Assembly (NCBI GenBank): GCA_964016885.1
Contig: OZ024749.1
Location: 23,250,001-23,314,000 of the forward strand
Length of the DNA: 64,000 bases
Source: Eledone cirrhosa
Lineage: Eukaryota
Direction of reading: 5' to 3'
The notes under the pieces are model-generated. The model made no database searches. It saw nothing but the letters and a program-made list of their open reading frames with translations, and was not told the DNA's origin. Positions 18,617 through 30,130 of this stretch are shown here, one piece after another. The translations under genes were made by a program, and so were the position numbers. The first letter of the stretch is position 1, and every line of letters begins with the position of its first letter.

Positions 18617-19250
18617 ACACCCACTAGCTCTACAACAACAACATCAACAACAATACACCCACTAGCCCTACAACAACAACATCAACAACAATACACCCAC
18701 TAGCCCTACAACAACAACAACAACAACAACAATACACCCACTAGCTCTACAACAACAACAACAACAATACAACCACTAGCCCTGCAACAACAACAACAAA
18801 AACAATACACCCACTAGCTCTACAACAACACCATCAACAACAATACACCCACTAGCTCTACAACAATACAACCACTAGCCCTACAACAACAACAACAACA
18901 ACAATACACCCACTAGCTCTACAACAACAACATCAACAACACTACACCCACTAGCTCTACAACAACAACAACAACAATACAACTACTAGCCCTACAACAA
19001 CAACAACAACAACAATACACCTACTAGCCCTACAACAACAACATCAACAACAATACACCCACTAGCCCTACAACAACAACAACAACAATACACCCACTAG
19101 CCCCACAACAACAACATCAACAACAATACACCCACTAGCCCTACAACAACAACAACAACAACAACAACAATACACCCACTAGCTCTACAACAACAACATC
19201 AACAACAATACACCCACTAGCTCTACAACAACAACAACAACACCAACAAC
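1..19250. repeat. 38-bp minisatellite array, consensus TACACCCACTAGCCCTA-CAACAACAACATCAACAACAA, roughly 500 units, open at the left window edge
   Basis: A near-constant 17-bp anchor (variants GCCC/GCTC/GCCT) alternates with CAA tracts of variable length. Period measured directly (anchors at 247 and 285). Confidence 0.98.
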
Positions 19251-19502
19251 AAACAAGACAGCAATGCTTCACTGAGTCTGTCTCTCTCCTACACATAAAT
19301 AATGCCAAACAATGTCGAATTTTTTATTTAATGAGAACAACAAAATAATGTAAAATCCTGTCGAATTGGTCGTGATTTACTGCAGAGTATTGAAGTTGAT
19401 GGATTCAAGAAACACAAGAATTTCGAAGCCTGTTGTATATATATATATACACGTGTGCGTGCATATGTATATATATATATATATATATACACGTGTGTGT
19501 GC

Positions 19503-19542
<40 letters not shown>

Positions 19543-19640
19543 GAGAGAGAATCACACAGATACATGCGGACACATCCATGAATATATCTACACATATCCC
19601 TGAGTTAGTGGTGCCATATATATATATATATATATATAAT

Positions 19641-19858
19641 GAAGGCGTGTGGCTGAGTGAATGGTCAAAGAATTGGATTCGCAATCGTGAGGTTTTGAGA
19701 TCGTTCCTGGACCAGGCGATGTGTTATGTCCTTGAGCAAGACACTTTATTTCACGTTGCTCCTTCTACCTGGAGTTGCGACCGATAGAAAGTATTTGCAA
19801 TTGGAAAGACCAACGGAAACATTGTTTCCTCGGTCCTATTTGACGAAAGTCGATCGTT
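19641..19858 (+). mobile_element. tRNA-headed SINE family A (CORE-like domain, short form)
   Basis: A-box-like TGGCTGAGTG, degenerate B box, TGTCCTTGAGCAAGACACTT (resembles the MIR/CORE domain). Flanked by (AT)n. Three more copies in the window. Confidence 0.85.
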
Positions 19859-19876
19859 CCATATATATATATCACG

Positions 19877-20442
19877 ATAAATAAACGCAGCCATAGTCTC
19901 TCGCTATTCCCTGTCTGTAATGTGCTCAAAGGAAAGAGAATCCCGAGCTCTTTATAATACAATATGTTGAAAAGATAACACACTAGAGAGAGATAGCGCG
20001 CCATCAATCAAACAGGGAAAAACCACCAGTGTATGGAATATATAGCCCATGGTAGGCAGAGAAGACACACAATAATTAAAAGCATAAATTCAAGTGTAAA
20101 TATATACCTCGATAACTATCTATCACACACTTTCAAATCCAAAAAGATCTATTTCGCCAAAAAGAGTTGTTGACAGAAATGAATAGCCCATGGTTCATCA
20201 GCGTGTGTAAGGCTATACATTTCAGACAACTCTAAGGGAATCTAAAGCGACCGTCCAGCCACACGTGGGAGAGAGAATTCACAGCGTGTCTAGGGCAATA
20301 ACCAGTGGTCTCTGAGGGACGAACTGCTAGAAAGGGCAGCCCAAACCACTCAGCGAAGTGTGCTCAACCAAACAGAGAGAGGAAAGACTGTTATAAGGAG
20401 CCAAATATCCTAATAAATTAACGGAGCCATAGACTCTCGCTA
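19877..20442 (-). mobile_element. About 536-bp unit bounded by a 30-bp direct repeat, containing a decayed hammerhead (PLE pseudo-LTR or retrozyme-like)
   Basis: 19877-19906 versus 20413-20442 match at 27/30 positions. Minus-strand hammerhead-like fold at 20121-20210. Confidence 0.5.
20121..20210 (-). ncRNA. Degenerate type I hammerhead ribozyme
   Basis: Minus strand reads TTACACACG-CTGATGA-ACCA...TGGC-GAAA-TAGATCT..GGATTTG-AA-AGTGTGTGA. Stems I and III pair, but U16.1 is lost. Confidence 0.5.
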
Positions 20443-20444
20443 AT

Positions 20445-20541
20445 TGGTACGATAGCGTACCAAAATACAGGTACCCTTGAAATATATATAATAAAATAAA
20501 TATGGTTTTATAAAGATAGTTTCCATTTATTAATATTATTG
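20445..20541 (+). mobile_element. Terminal fragment of the same pseudo-LTR family as the 43257-43571 palindrome (3' half of hammerhead plus tail)
   Basis: CCCTTGAAATATATATAATAAAATAAATATGGTTTTATAAAGATAGTTTCCATTTATTAATAT aligns with 43505-43568. Ends at (AT)n. Confidence 0.75.
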
Positions 20542-20571
20542 ATATATATATATGTATATATACATATGTAT

Positions 20572-20612
<41 letters not shown>

Positions 20613-20629
20613 GGGATATATATATATAT

Positions 20630-20731
<102 letters not shown>

Positions 20732-21162
20732 GTATGTATATATAACACGTGCACACATATGCAACTCACTGCGTATATATATGTGAATATATACATCTAC
20801 CTTATACACCTATACAAGTTGCATTGGTAAAAACAACATGCCTGCTTTTTACATTAAACATTTACTATCTACAACACAAGTCTTGTAGGTTTAGAAGAGA
20901 ACTCGAGTGCTTTTTTTTCAACTCGTATTTTGTCAGAACTATGTATCTGTGTGAATAATGTACGAGAATATATGACACATTTAATAATTATCTGTTAGGA
21001 AATTTTTCTCGAATCTCTACTTGATTAGAGAGAAAAAATTGCCTTTAGCCTTCATATATTTTTTCAGTTTCTACATCAATTTAAGTTTCTTTTACTGTAA
21101 TATTTAGCAGTAATATTTGTGTTTAGCAGTAATATTTGTCCAACATCACAGGAGTATATGTT

Positions 21163-21221
21163 TATATCCCTGAAGAAATCCTTTAAGTAATTACAAAGTT
21201 ATTGAAAGAAAAAAGGATGTA
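21163..21221 (+). ncRNA. Decayed minimal hammerhead ribozyme relic
   Basis: TATATCC-CTGAAGA-AATCCTTT..AAAGTTATT-GAAA-GAAAAAA-GGATGTA. Stems I and II and both core boxes present. Stem III and cleavage triplet destroyed. Confidence 0.5.
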
Positions 21222-21261
21222 TGTTTCTTAGAAATAATAGCCAATCATCTATATCTATGAT

Positions 21262-21458
21262 AAGGACGGGTGGTTTGGCAGTATCGCTAGAGCGTCAGAC
21301 ACCATGCTTTACAGCATAAAGTTATGGCCCTTTGTGTTCTGAGTTCAAAACCGCCGAGGTTAACTTTGCCTTTCATCCTTACGAGGTCGTTAAAATATAG
21401 TACCAGTGATGCACTGGAGGTAATCACTGGCCTTGTGCCAAAAGTAGAAACTATATTA
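21262..21458 (+). mobile_element. tRNA-headed SINE family B (Meta-domain-like)
   Basis: A box TGGCAGTATCG, B box GAGTTCAAAAC, central TTGCCTTTCATCCTTACGAGGTCGTTAAAAT..GTACCAG, tail GGCCTTGTGCCAAAAGTAGAAAC. Seven copies in the window. Confidence 0.88.
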
Positions 21459-21587
21459 TCTATCATAAATCCTAAGAAATCCGAAAACGGAAGATATTCA
21501 GAAAATATTACTCATTACGACTGCTCAAATCCTACCAAATTATTATTTTATCTAATACATAACATGTTAATTAATATACATTTATAA

Positions 21588-22390
21588 TGGCACGTGGAAT
21601 AATGGTTAGAGTGGTGGGTTCACAATCCTTAATTTGTCAGTTTGATTCTAGGACCAGGCCTAGAGCTAATTGTATCCTCGATGAAGACATTTATTCCACC
21701 TTGATCCAGTTTAGTCAGCGGTAGAAAAGAGTTGAGACGTCACTGGTGCCAAGCTGTATCGGCTTTTGCCTTTCTCTTGGACAACGTTATATATAGTGTA
21801 TATATTGTATACATATATATAGGATATAAATATTGTATAGAGTGCATATATGAGTTACAATGTATCTTGTGTCAAACTGTATCAGCCTTCCCTTGGACAA
21901 CATCATATATAGTGTGTGTATAGTGTATATAGAGGTTCGATTGATGTTCGTCAAATCGGACCGAGGAAGCAATGTTTCCGTTGGTCTTTCAGTCGCAACT
22001 CCAGGTAGAAGAAGCATCGTGAAATAAAGTGTCTTATCAAGGACATAACGCATCGTCCGGTCCAGGAATCGAACTCACAACCTCACGATTGCGAATCCAA
22101 TTCTATAACCACTCAGCCACGTGCCTTCACTCTCTAACCACTCAGACACACGCTTTCATAATGTGTATATATAGGATATACATAATGTATATGGTGTACA
22201 GAGTGTATATATGAGATACAATGTAACTTGAACCTTGCTGTATCAACCTTGCCTTTCCATTGGACAACATCGGTGGCGCAGCGAGGGGAGACAGATATGT
22301 ATGGGTGACTTTTACTCTTCCCCAAAGCCTTTGGCCAGGTTTGTGTCTCGGAGAGGAAATATCTAGGTGTAAATTCCATGATCATTGGTC
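21588..22390 (+). mobile_element. Older long-form CORE-like SINE with internal triplication and a nested family A copy
   Basis: tRNA-like head GGCACGTGGAATAATGGTTAGAG...GTTTGATTC. Motif CTGTATC..CCTT..TTGGACAAC recurs three times (about 21755, 21878, 22238). Confidence 0.6.
21936..22130 (-). mobile_element. SINE family A copy
   Basis: Reverse complement of 19641-19858 over nearly its full length. Confidence 0.88.
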
Positions 22391-22559
22391 TCCAAAAATT
22401 ATCTGTTAGTGACAAAAACAGAAAAAAAGAACACAAAGTGAAAAAAAATTTAACTAGGGTAGGATTGAGGGAAGAGAACTCTTGACAATGATTCGGTTGG
22501 TATATATCTCAGCTACGTCTTACAGTGGATATTGTAATGATAATGGTGTAGTAGAGAGA

Positions 22560-23181
22560 AGCGGAAGTAGTGGTGTTGGGCAATTACAAAGAACTTGAAT
22601 TAGAAATTGGCAAAATGTGGAAAATCAAGATTAAAACAATACTTATAGTTGTGTGTCCCTGATAAATAATAGCGAAAGAACATGATTATTTCCTATTTCA
22701 AATCCTCAGGAAATTCGAAAATGGTAGAAATTCTGAATACAGTAGTATGTTACTCCAAGTGTGTTTTTGTTTTCGTTGTCATTATTATTTTACACAAAAA
22801 ACCACACTCTACCGTACCGTCCTGTACCGTCTTTAATGTTTCCTTAATCTGAGCCCTGTGTGGCTAATAAATGAATACTTATTATTTAAAGACCAAACAA
22901 CTACTTCTAAACAAACCTTTATTTTTCTTATATTTTGCTATTTTCTAGAACAACACTTCTTAAGAACCAAAGGCGTACAATTATAACGGAAATCCTTATA
23001 ACCAAACTATAAATCTTCCACCCCCATAAATATGGCAATTATCAACCAACCCAGTCATAATATAATAACTTGTCTCTTGAGATCTCTTGGTGAGACTTGG
23101 AGTCAGTTCGTACAAAAACAAAGCAAAATCCTATAAAATCAACAACCATAAAAAAATTAAAATAATAATAATAATAATAAT
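22560..23181 (+). mobile_element. 3' remnant of a restriction-like-endonuclease non-LTR retrotransposon (R4/Dong/NeSL-like) with (TAA)n tail
   Basis: 22582 onward translates NYKELELEIGKMWKIKIKTILIVV, matching the KYxxLxxEIxxMW...PxVIG REL C-terminus. Decayed. (AAT)n tail at 23160-23181. Confidence 0.7.
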
Positions 23182-24116
23182 TTTTCATTAGCCACACAGG
23201 GTTAACACTGCGGAGACATTAAAGACGGCGGTGGAGGATATAATGAGGGTTTTTTCTTGTAAAATAAAATTTTAAAGAGAGATTAATGAAATGAAATAAA
23301 TATATATATAAATAAAATAATAAAAAAAATGATAAAAAAATAATACTAACAAACAATCACAAATAAAAACAACAACAAAAACAACAACAAAAACAACAAC
23401 AAAAACAACAACAACAACAACAGCAATGATGGTGCATTAAAACAAAGTTATTTATCAGTTTGATGTTCTGAAGTCTTAAAAAAAACAATTATTAAAATAA
23501 ATTATTATCAGAAAAAGAATTATATTTAAACGATCGTAAATACAATTATATGTAAAAAATAATTATAAAACAATTATATAAAGATAATTATAATACAGTC
23601 ATATAAAAATAATTATATAAAAAAACAGTTATATATAAACAATTATAACAACAAAAGCGAATTTAAAAAAAAACAAAGGAAATTAACCGATAAAAAAACA
23701 AAACAAAACTATAACAATAATCACATCATTTTTATGACTCCATGGTAAATATGGTGTTTCCGTGGTTGTTGTTGTTCCTATTGTTGTTGTTATGGTGGTG
23801 GTTACCGTGTTTGTGGTTGTTGTTTTTTTTCTGTGTTGTTGTTGTTGTGGTGGTGGTGGTTGAAGTTGTGGTTGCTGTTGTTGTTGTGTCTGTCGTTGTT
23901 GCTATTGTTTTTGTTGCTGCTTTTCCGTGGGGCTGCTGCTGCTGTTGTTGTTGGAATTGTTTTTATTATTGCTGTTATATTTTTTTCTTTGCTGTTATCT
24001 GTGTTGTTGTTATTGATGAAGCTGTTCCTGCTATTACTGTTTTGCCCTTGCTGTTGTTGTTATTGCTTGTTGGTGCTGTTGTCATTGTCGTTGTTGTTGT
24101 TGCTGTTGTTATTGCT

Positions 24117-24255
24117 GAATAGAGTTACAGCTCTTTAAGATCTGAGTTCAAATCCTACGGAGTTTAACTTTCATCCTTACGTGCTCGATAAAATAAAGTA
24201 CCAGTAATGTACTTGGGTATTTGCTGGCCTTGGGCCTAAAGTAGAAACAGTTATT
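24117..24255 (+). mobile_element. SINE family B, 5'-truncated
   Basis: CTGAGTTCAAATCC..TTTCATCCTTACG..GATAAAATAAAGTACCAG..CCTAAAGTAGAAAC. Confidence 0.85.
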
Positions 24256-24868
24256 GTTGATAGAACTGTTGTTAATATTTGTGTTAGTATTTTTTTTGGG
24301 GGGGGAGGGGGATGATTTTTGTTGTAGCTGTTACTCCTGTTGTTGTTGTTGTTGCGGCTGTTGTTAATATTACTGTTATTGATGTTGTTGGTGTTGTCGT
24401 GTGTGCTGTAACTGTCACTCCTCTTGGTGTTGTTGTTGGTGTTGTTGTTTTTGTAGCTGTTGTTGATAGTGTTGTTACTGATGTTGTTGTTGGTGTTGTG
24501 TCTGCTGTAACTGTTGTTAACATTGCTGTTATTGATGTAGTTGTTGGTGTTGTGTCCGCTGTAACTGTCACTCCTCTTGGTGTTGTTGTTGTTCTTGCTG
24601 TAGCTGTTGTTACCATTGCTGTTATAGATGTTGTTGTTGTTGTAACCTACTGCTGTTACTGATGCTGTTATTGTTGTTGTTATTGCTGTAGCTGTTGTTA
24701 CGATTACTGTTATTGCTGCAGTTGTTGTTGTTGTTGTTGTTGTTGCCATTGCTGTTATTGGTGTTGTTGTTGTTGACGTTGTTGCTGTCGCTGTTGTTAC
24801 CATTGCTGTTATGGTTGTTGTTGTTGTTGTAACCTACTGCTGTTACTGATGTTGTTATTATTGTTGAA

Positions 24869-25095
24869 AAGGGCGGTGGATTGGCAGTATCGGTAGATGG
24901 TCGGACGCCATGCTTTACAGCATAGAGTTACGGCCCTTTATGATCTAAGTTCAAATCCCGCCGAGGTTAACTTTGCCTTTAATCCTTACGGGGTCGATAA
25001 AATAAAGTACCAGTCATGCATTGGGTTGAATTAATCAACTTTCCCCTCCTCCAAAATTGCTGACCTTGTGCCTATATAAGAAACCGTTATTATTG
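24869..25095 (+). mobile_element. SINE family B, full length
   Basis: Head GGCGGTGGATTGGCAGTATCGG, B box GTTCAAATCC, Meta-like domain, tail. Confidence 0.88.
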
Positions 25096-26239
25096 TTGAA
25101 ATTGCTGTAGCTGTTGTAACAATTACTGTTATTGCTGCTGCAGTTGTTGTTGTTGTTGCTGTTATGTCTGCTGTCAGTACCATTAAGATCTTTACCAGAG
25201 ATATTCAATGGTCTCAGCAGACCAATGGAATAAACCATTTTTCCTACAATTGTTAACAGACAAAGAGTAACCTCATAGAAACTCTACTGAATGTGATGAA
25301 AGAAATTAGAATTTACGTCATAGCATTATTGTTGTTGTTGGTGGTGGTGGGGGTGTGGGTGTTGTTCTTGGTGGTGGTGTTGTTGGTGGTGGTAGTGTTG
25401 GTGTTGTTTTTGGTGGTGGTGGTGTTGTTGTTGGTGGTGTTGGTGTTGGTGTTGTTGGTGGTGGTGGTGGTGTTGGTGGTGGTGGTGTTGTTGTTGGTGG
25501 TGGTGTTGGTGGTGGTGGTGTTGGTGTTGTTGTTGGTGGTGGTGTTGTTGTTGGTGGGTAGTGTTGGTGTTGTTGTTGGTGGTGGTGTTGGTGGTGGTGG
25601 TGGTGTTGGTGGTGATGGTGTTGTTGTTGGTGGTGGTGTTGGTGTTGTTGTTGGTGGTAGTGTTGTTTTTGATGGTGGTGTTGTTGTTGGTGGTGGTGGT
25701 GGTGTTGTTGGTGTTGTTGTTGGTGGTGTTGTTGTTGGTGGTGGTGTTGTTACTGTTGTTATTGTTGTTGCTGTTGTTATTGCTGTTATTGTTGTTATTG
25801 TTGTTGCTGTTGTTATTGTTGTTGCTGTTGTTATTGCTGTTGCTGTTGTTATTGTAGTTGTTGTTGTCATTGTTGTTGCAGTTTTTATTGTTGTTGCTGT
25901 TATTATTGTTGTTGATGTTGTTATTGCTGTTGCTGTTGTTATTGCTGTTGCTGTTGTTCTTGTTGTTGTTGTTGTCATTGTTGTTGCAGTTGTTATTGTT
26001 GTTGCTGCTGTTATTGTTGTTGCTGTTCTTATTGTTGTTTCTGCTGTTATTGTTGTTGCTGTTCTTATTGTTGATTCTGCTGTTATTGCTGTTGCTGTTC
26101 TTATTGTTGTTGTTGCTGCCGTTATTGTTGTTGCTGTTCTTATTGTTGTTTCTGCTGTTATTGTTGTTGCTGTTCTTATTGTTGTTGTTGCTGCCGTTAT
26201 TGTTGTTGATGTTGATTTATTTTGTGCTGAGCGTATGTA

Positions 26240-27290
26240 GCAATGTGTATGAGTGTATGTATGTATGTGTGTGTATGTATGTGTGTGTGTGTGAGTGCGA
26301 TTATGAATAAATGAATGTAGATAAGTGGTGTGTGTTTATGTGTGTGTATGAGTGTATGTATGTGTGTGGGTATGTGCGATTCCGTGTGTGTATGAGTCTC
26401 TGTATGTATATGTGGCTATGATGAACACATCAGCTGGCTGGCTCAACTTGGTGAGGGACCGAACACATACACGGATACACACATACACATACACGGATAC
26501 ACGCATATAATTGTACTCAGATATGCACATACATACACACATACATACTGGCACAGACACACACATACCCACACATAGATAATTATACTCACATATACAC
26601 ATACACACACAAATATAATCATATATACATACCCACATTCACATATATACACATATACACATACACAGATACACAAATATAATTATACCCACATATACAC
26701 ATACACTAATACATACAGGCACATATGCACCATATATACACATAATTATACACACATACTCACTCAGATGATTATACCCACATATACATCGATACACACA
26801 TTCACATACATATACATATACATGTACATGTGTATGTATAACTATATCCACATATACATAGATACACACATTCACATACATATACATATACATGTGTATG
26901 TATAACTATATCCACATATACATAGATACACACATACACACACATAACGATACCTACATACCCACATATACCGTTACACATAGACCCATACACAAATATA
27001 AGTATACCCACATATACCGTTACACATATGTATTCATACGCCCCCCCCCCCCCCCCCACACACGCATACCGGCAGAAATATCCACATATACATAGACAGA
27101 CACATACACACACATAACAATACCTACATACCAACACACATAGACCCATACACAAATATTTCTATACACACATACACCCATACACCCATACATTTATAAA
27201 TATATTCACACACACACACATACACACACACATACTGTCACAGATAACCACATATACATATCCACATATAATTACACACATACAGACCCT
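26240..27290. repeat. Degenerate (GT)/(CA)/(TA) compound microsatellite with local duplications of about 70 bp
   Basis: Direct inspection. GATACACACATTCACATACATATACATATA repeated at 26791 and 26861. Confidence 0.85.
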
Positions 27291-27520
27291 TAAATAAGGG
27301 AATATTCTCATGTAGACATCTATAAATAAGATTGTGTAGAAGTTGTTGATTCCTAATTATAGAAATATTTCTGACAAACAAATAAGAAGTTGCAGTCACT
27401 TTATTAAAAAAAAACTAATAAGTTCCAAATTTTATATTCCGTTGCATTTGTTTATTTAATTCTATTATATATATATATATGTATATATGTATATATATAT
27501 ATATATTACATTTCATTATG

Positions 27521-27702
27521 TGAATTGGCAGAATCCGTAGATGGTTGGACGCCATGCTTTCTAGCATAGTTACGTCCCTTGACAGTCTGAGTTCAAATCC
27601 CGCCGAGGTTAACTTTGCCTTTCATCCTTACGGGGTCGATAAAATAAAGTACCAGTAATGTACTGGGTATTTGCTGGCCTTGCGCCTAAAGTAGAAACAA
27701 TT
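27521..27702 (+). mobile_element. SINE family B copy
   Basis: Aligns with 24869-25095 and 39327-39504. Confidence 0.88.
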
Positions 27703-27745
27703 ATATATATATGAATATATAATTGTATGTATATATAACTGTATG

Positions 27746-27809
<64 letters not shown>

Positions 27810-27825
27810 TATATATATATGTATA

Positions 27826-27965
27826 TATAGAGAAATATACAATTAGCGAGAATCGCATTTCGGCGGGTAGAAATTAGCGAAACGCAACTTCCGAATTGTG
27901 TTGGCGAGCGCTCAATAGATATGAATATACCAGAACTATAAACATAAGTTACAAATGTCATACAA
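27826..27965. repeat. Diverged solitary relative of the start of the 615-bp unit
   Basis: Colinear motifs AAATATA, CGAG.ATCG, TCGGCG, GAG.GCTCAATA, CAGA.CTATAA, GTCA.A shared with 44187-44320. Embedded in (AT)n. Confidence 0.6.
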
Positions 27966-28099
27966 AAATGATACGATGGTTAAGAAGCCATTAACCACCT
28001 AAGCCAATATATATATATATATGTCTGATGGTAGTTAAGATGCTTCCATAGGTGGTATGCCGGTTGAGTACTCTATGCTCTTACAAAGCAGAGTATGAT

Positions 28100-28355
28100 A
28101 GAATAGAAAACGAAAAATCAGTGATGCATCTGAACTCAATTTATTGTGTATTACTATTGTTTCGCCGGCGAAATTATTTCGGAGCATATTCTCTCAGAGA
28201 ATATGCTCTGAAATCATTAGACGTGTCCGTCGAACCTGCGGGTCCAGAATCAGACAGATCCACACAATGATCGCATCTCGAGCTGTCCGCCGGCGAAACA
28301 ATTGTAACACACAATAAATTAAGTTCAGATGCATCACTGATTTTTCGTTTTCTAT

Positions 28356-28358
<3 letters not shown>
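28100..28358. mobile_element. Foldback element with inverted termini of about 70 bp, each carrying the 3' half of a hammerhead (PLE pseudo-LTR ends)
   Basis: 28100-28170 is the reverse complement of 28288-28358. Right arm reads GCCGGC-GAAA-CAATTG-TA-ACACAC-AATAAA. Extra internal hairpin starting at 28176. Confidence 0.7.
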
Positions 28359-28389
<31 letters not shown>

Positions 28390-28436
28390 AGTTAAAACAA
28401 TGAAATAAAAATTCCAGACATATATATATATATATA

Positions 28437-28719
28437 TAAAATATGTAGTTTAGAAAGCCACAACAATGCAGATGGGAAATCTCGAGGTAGGAAGTGAGTG
28501 AGAAATAGGAGAAAAGTGAAAATTGAGAGAAACGAAAAAACGAAAACAAAACAAAGGTAGAAGGGTTACCGTAGTGGAGATTTAATCCCCATATTTCGGG
28601 CTCACGCCCATCAACGGGGGGAAAGTTCCAAAAAAAGGGGGGGGGGGGCATTTCTCACTCACTTCCTACCACGAGATTTCCCATCTGCATTGTTGTGGCT
28701 TTCTAAACTACATATTTTA
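28437..28719 (-). mobile_element. Foldback element with 70-bp inverted termini and a decayed internal minimal hammerhead
   Basis: 28437-28506 versus 28650-28719 inverted, near-identical. Minus strand 28587-28620 reads CCCCG-TTGATG-GGC-GTGA-GCCC-GAAA-TAT-GGGG. Confidence 0.7.
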
Positions 28720-28759
28720 CATATTTCACAATGCTTCAAGCAAACTTTAACACCCTCTT

Positions 28760-28822
<63 letters not shown>

Positions 28823-29029
28823 AAAATTAGGATAATCAAAATTATGGGTGTCATGCCGGAAAGACACGCGCCATATCACCGGCAAAATAAGCTCTAAGAT
28901 TCTAACGAATAGGTCCGAAGTTCTGGTTAACTTTATTTAGTTACCTACCTAGCTATGTGTGCTTACACACTTGTAAAAATTATCTCCTGTGATTATTCAT
29001 GTTTATTTATATGTTAATCAATTTCTGGT

Positions 29030-29082
<53 letters not shown>

Positions 29083-29284
29083 TTAAAACAATGAAATAAA
29101 AATTGAAGTTATATATATATATATATATATCACATAAAAAAGAGAAACAGTGTTGCGACGAATGGAATTTATTGGACATATTACAATCGTTTCTCTGGCG
29201 ACCTGTGGCATCATACTCTGCTCTATGAGATTATCGAGTGCTCATACTGCCTACCGCATACATACGCTTTAAGCATCCAACACC

Positions 29285-29356
<72 letters not shown>

Positions 29357-29870
29357 ATAAATATATATATAAATTATGTTGTATACATAACTGTATACAT
29401 ATATTTGTATATATAAAAATGAATAATAACAGGTAGACATCATATAAAGTTAATTTATTCCGAGTGCTTATGCTTGTTTCAACAGTAGTTATATAGCCTA
29501 GTCATGCTATGTGAAAATTGGTATTTATTTGATTTCTCTCAGTCTTCTTATGTATTTTGAAGTGAAACTTACCAATTTCTGGATACCCGTAGAAGTGCAC
29601 AGGAATAGGAACTTTCACTTAATTGTTGCGAAACAAATTTAAAATTTGTCCAGGTATCACGGCTATTGCCAATATAGGTTTGTTTTTATTGATTTATTAT
29701 TTAAAATGGAGACAGGCAAACCGTATTATTTTAATTAGTATTTGTCAATGTAGCTAACTTGCTCATTTCCAATGCGAACACATGTATACTTGTATCAGTG
29801 TTTATCCCTATCATATATTCATTTGTATATATATATATATATATATTTACATATACTTACATAATGACTG

Positions 29871-29901
<31 letters not shown>

Positions 29902-30083
29902 AAAGGCATGTGGCTGAGTGGTTCGAGAACTGAATTCGCAATTGTGAGGTTGTGAGTTCGATACCTGGACCAGGCGATGCGTTATGTCCTTGAGCAAGAC
30001 ACATTATTTCACGTTGCGACCGACAGATAGTATTAGCAATTGGAAAAACCAGCGGGAACATTGTTTCCTCGGTCCGATTTGGT
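29902..30083 (+). mobile_element. SINE family A copy within (AT)n
   Basis: GGCATGTGGCTGAGTGGTT..GAGTTCGATACC..TGTCCTTGAGCAAGACAC, same tail as 19641. Confidence 0.88.
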
Positions 30084-30084
30084 A

Positions 30085-30130
<46 letters not shown>

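Larger units (their letters stand above)
23742..26220. repeat. Degenerate trinucleotide (GTT/GCT/GGT/ATT) low-complexity tract
   Basis: Direct inspection. Produces poly-V/L/T/N pseudo-ORFs in several frames. Confidence 0.93.

Noticed and set aside
1-19250. CRISPR-like repeat/spacer array or coding repeat (ORFs at 9020 and 15156)
   Set aside because: The spacers are just CAA tracts, not unique sequences. There are no cas genes. The 38-bp unit is not a multiple of 3 and contains stop codons.
19790-19858. Hammerhead in the SINE A tail (GAAA...YTGACGA)
   Set aside because: No UH after the hairpin and no room for stem I. Treated as a plain stem-loop.
25293-26310. Mucin-like Thr/Pro or poly-Val/Leu proteins
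   Set aside because: Open in multiple frames and strands purely because of stop-free triplet repeats. No domain or signal.
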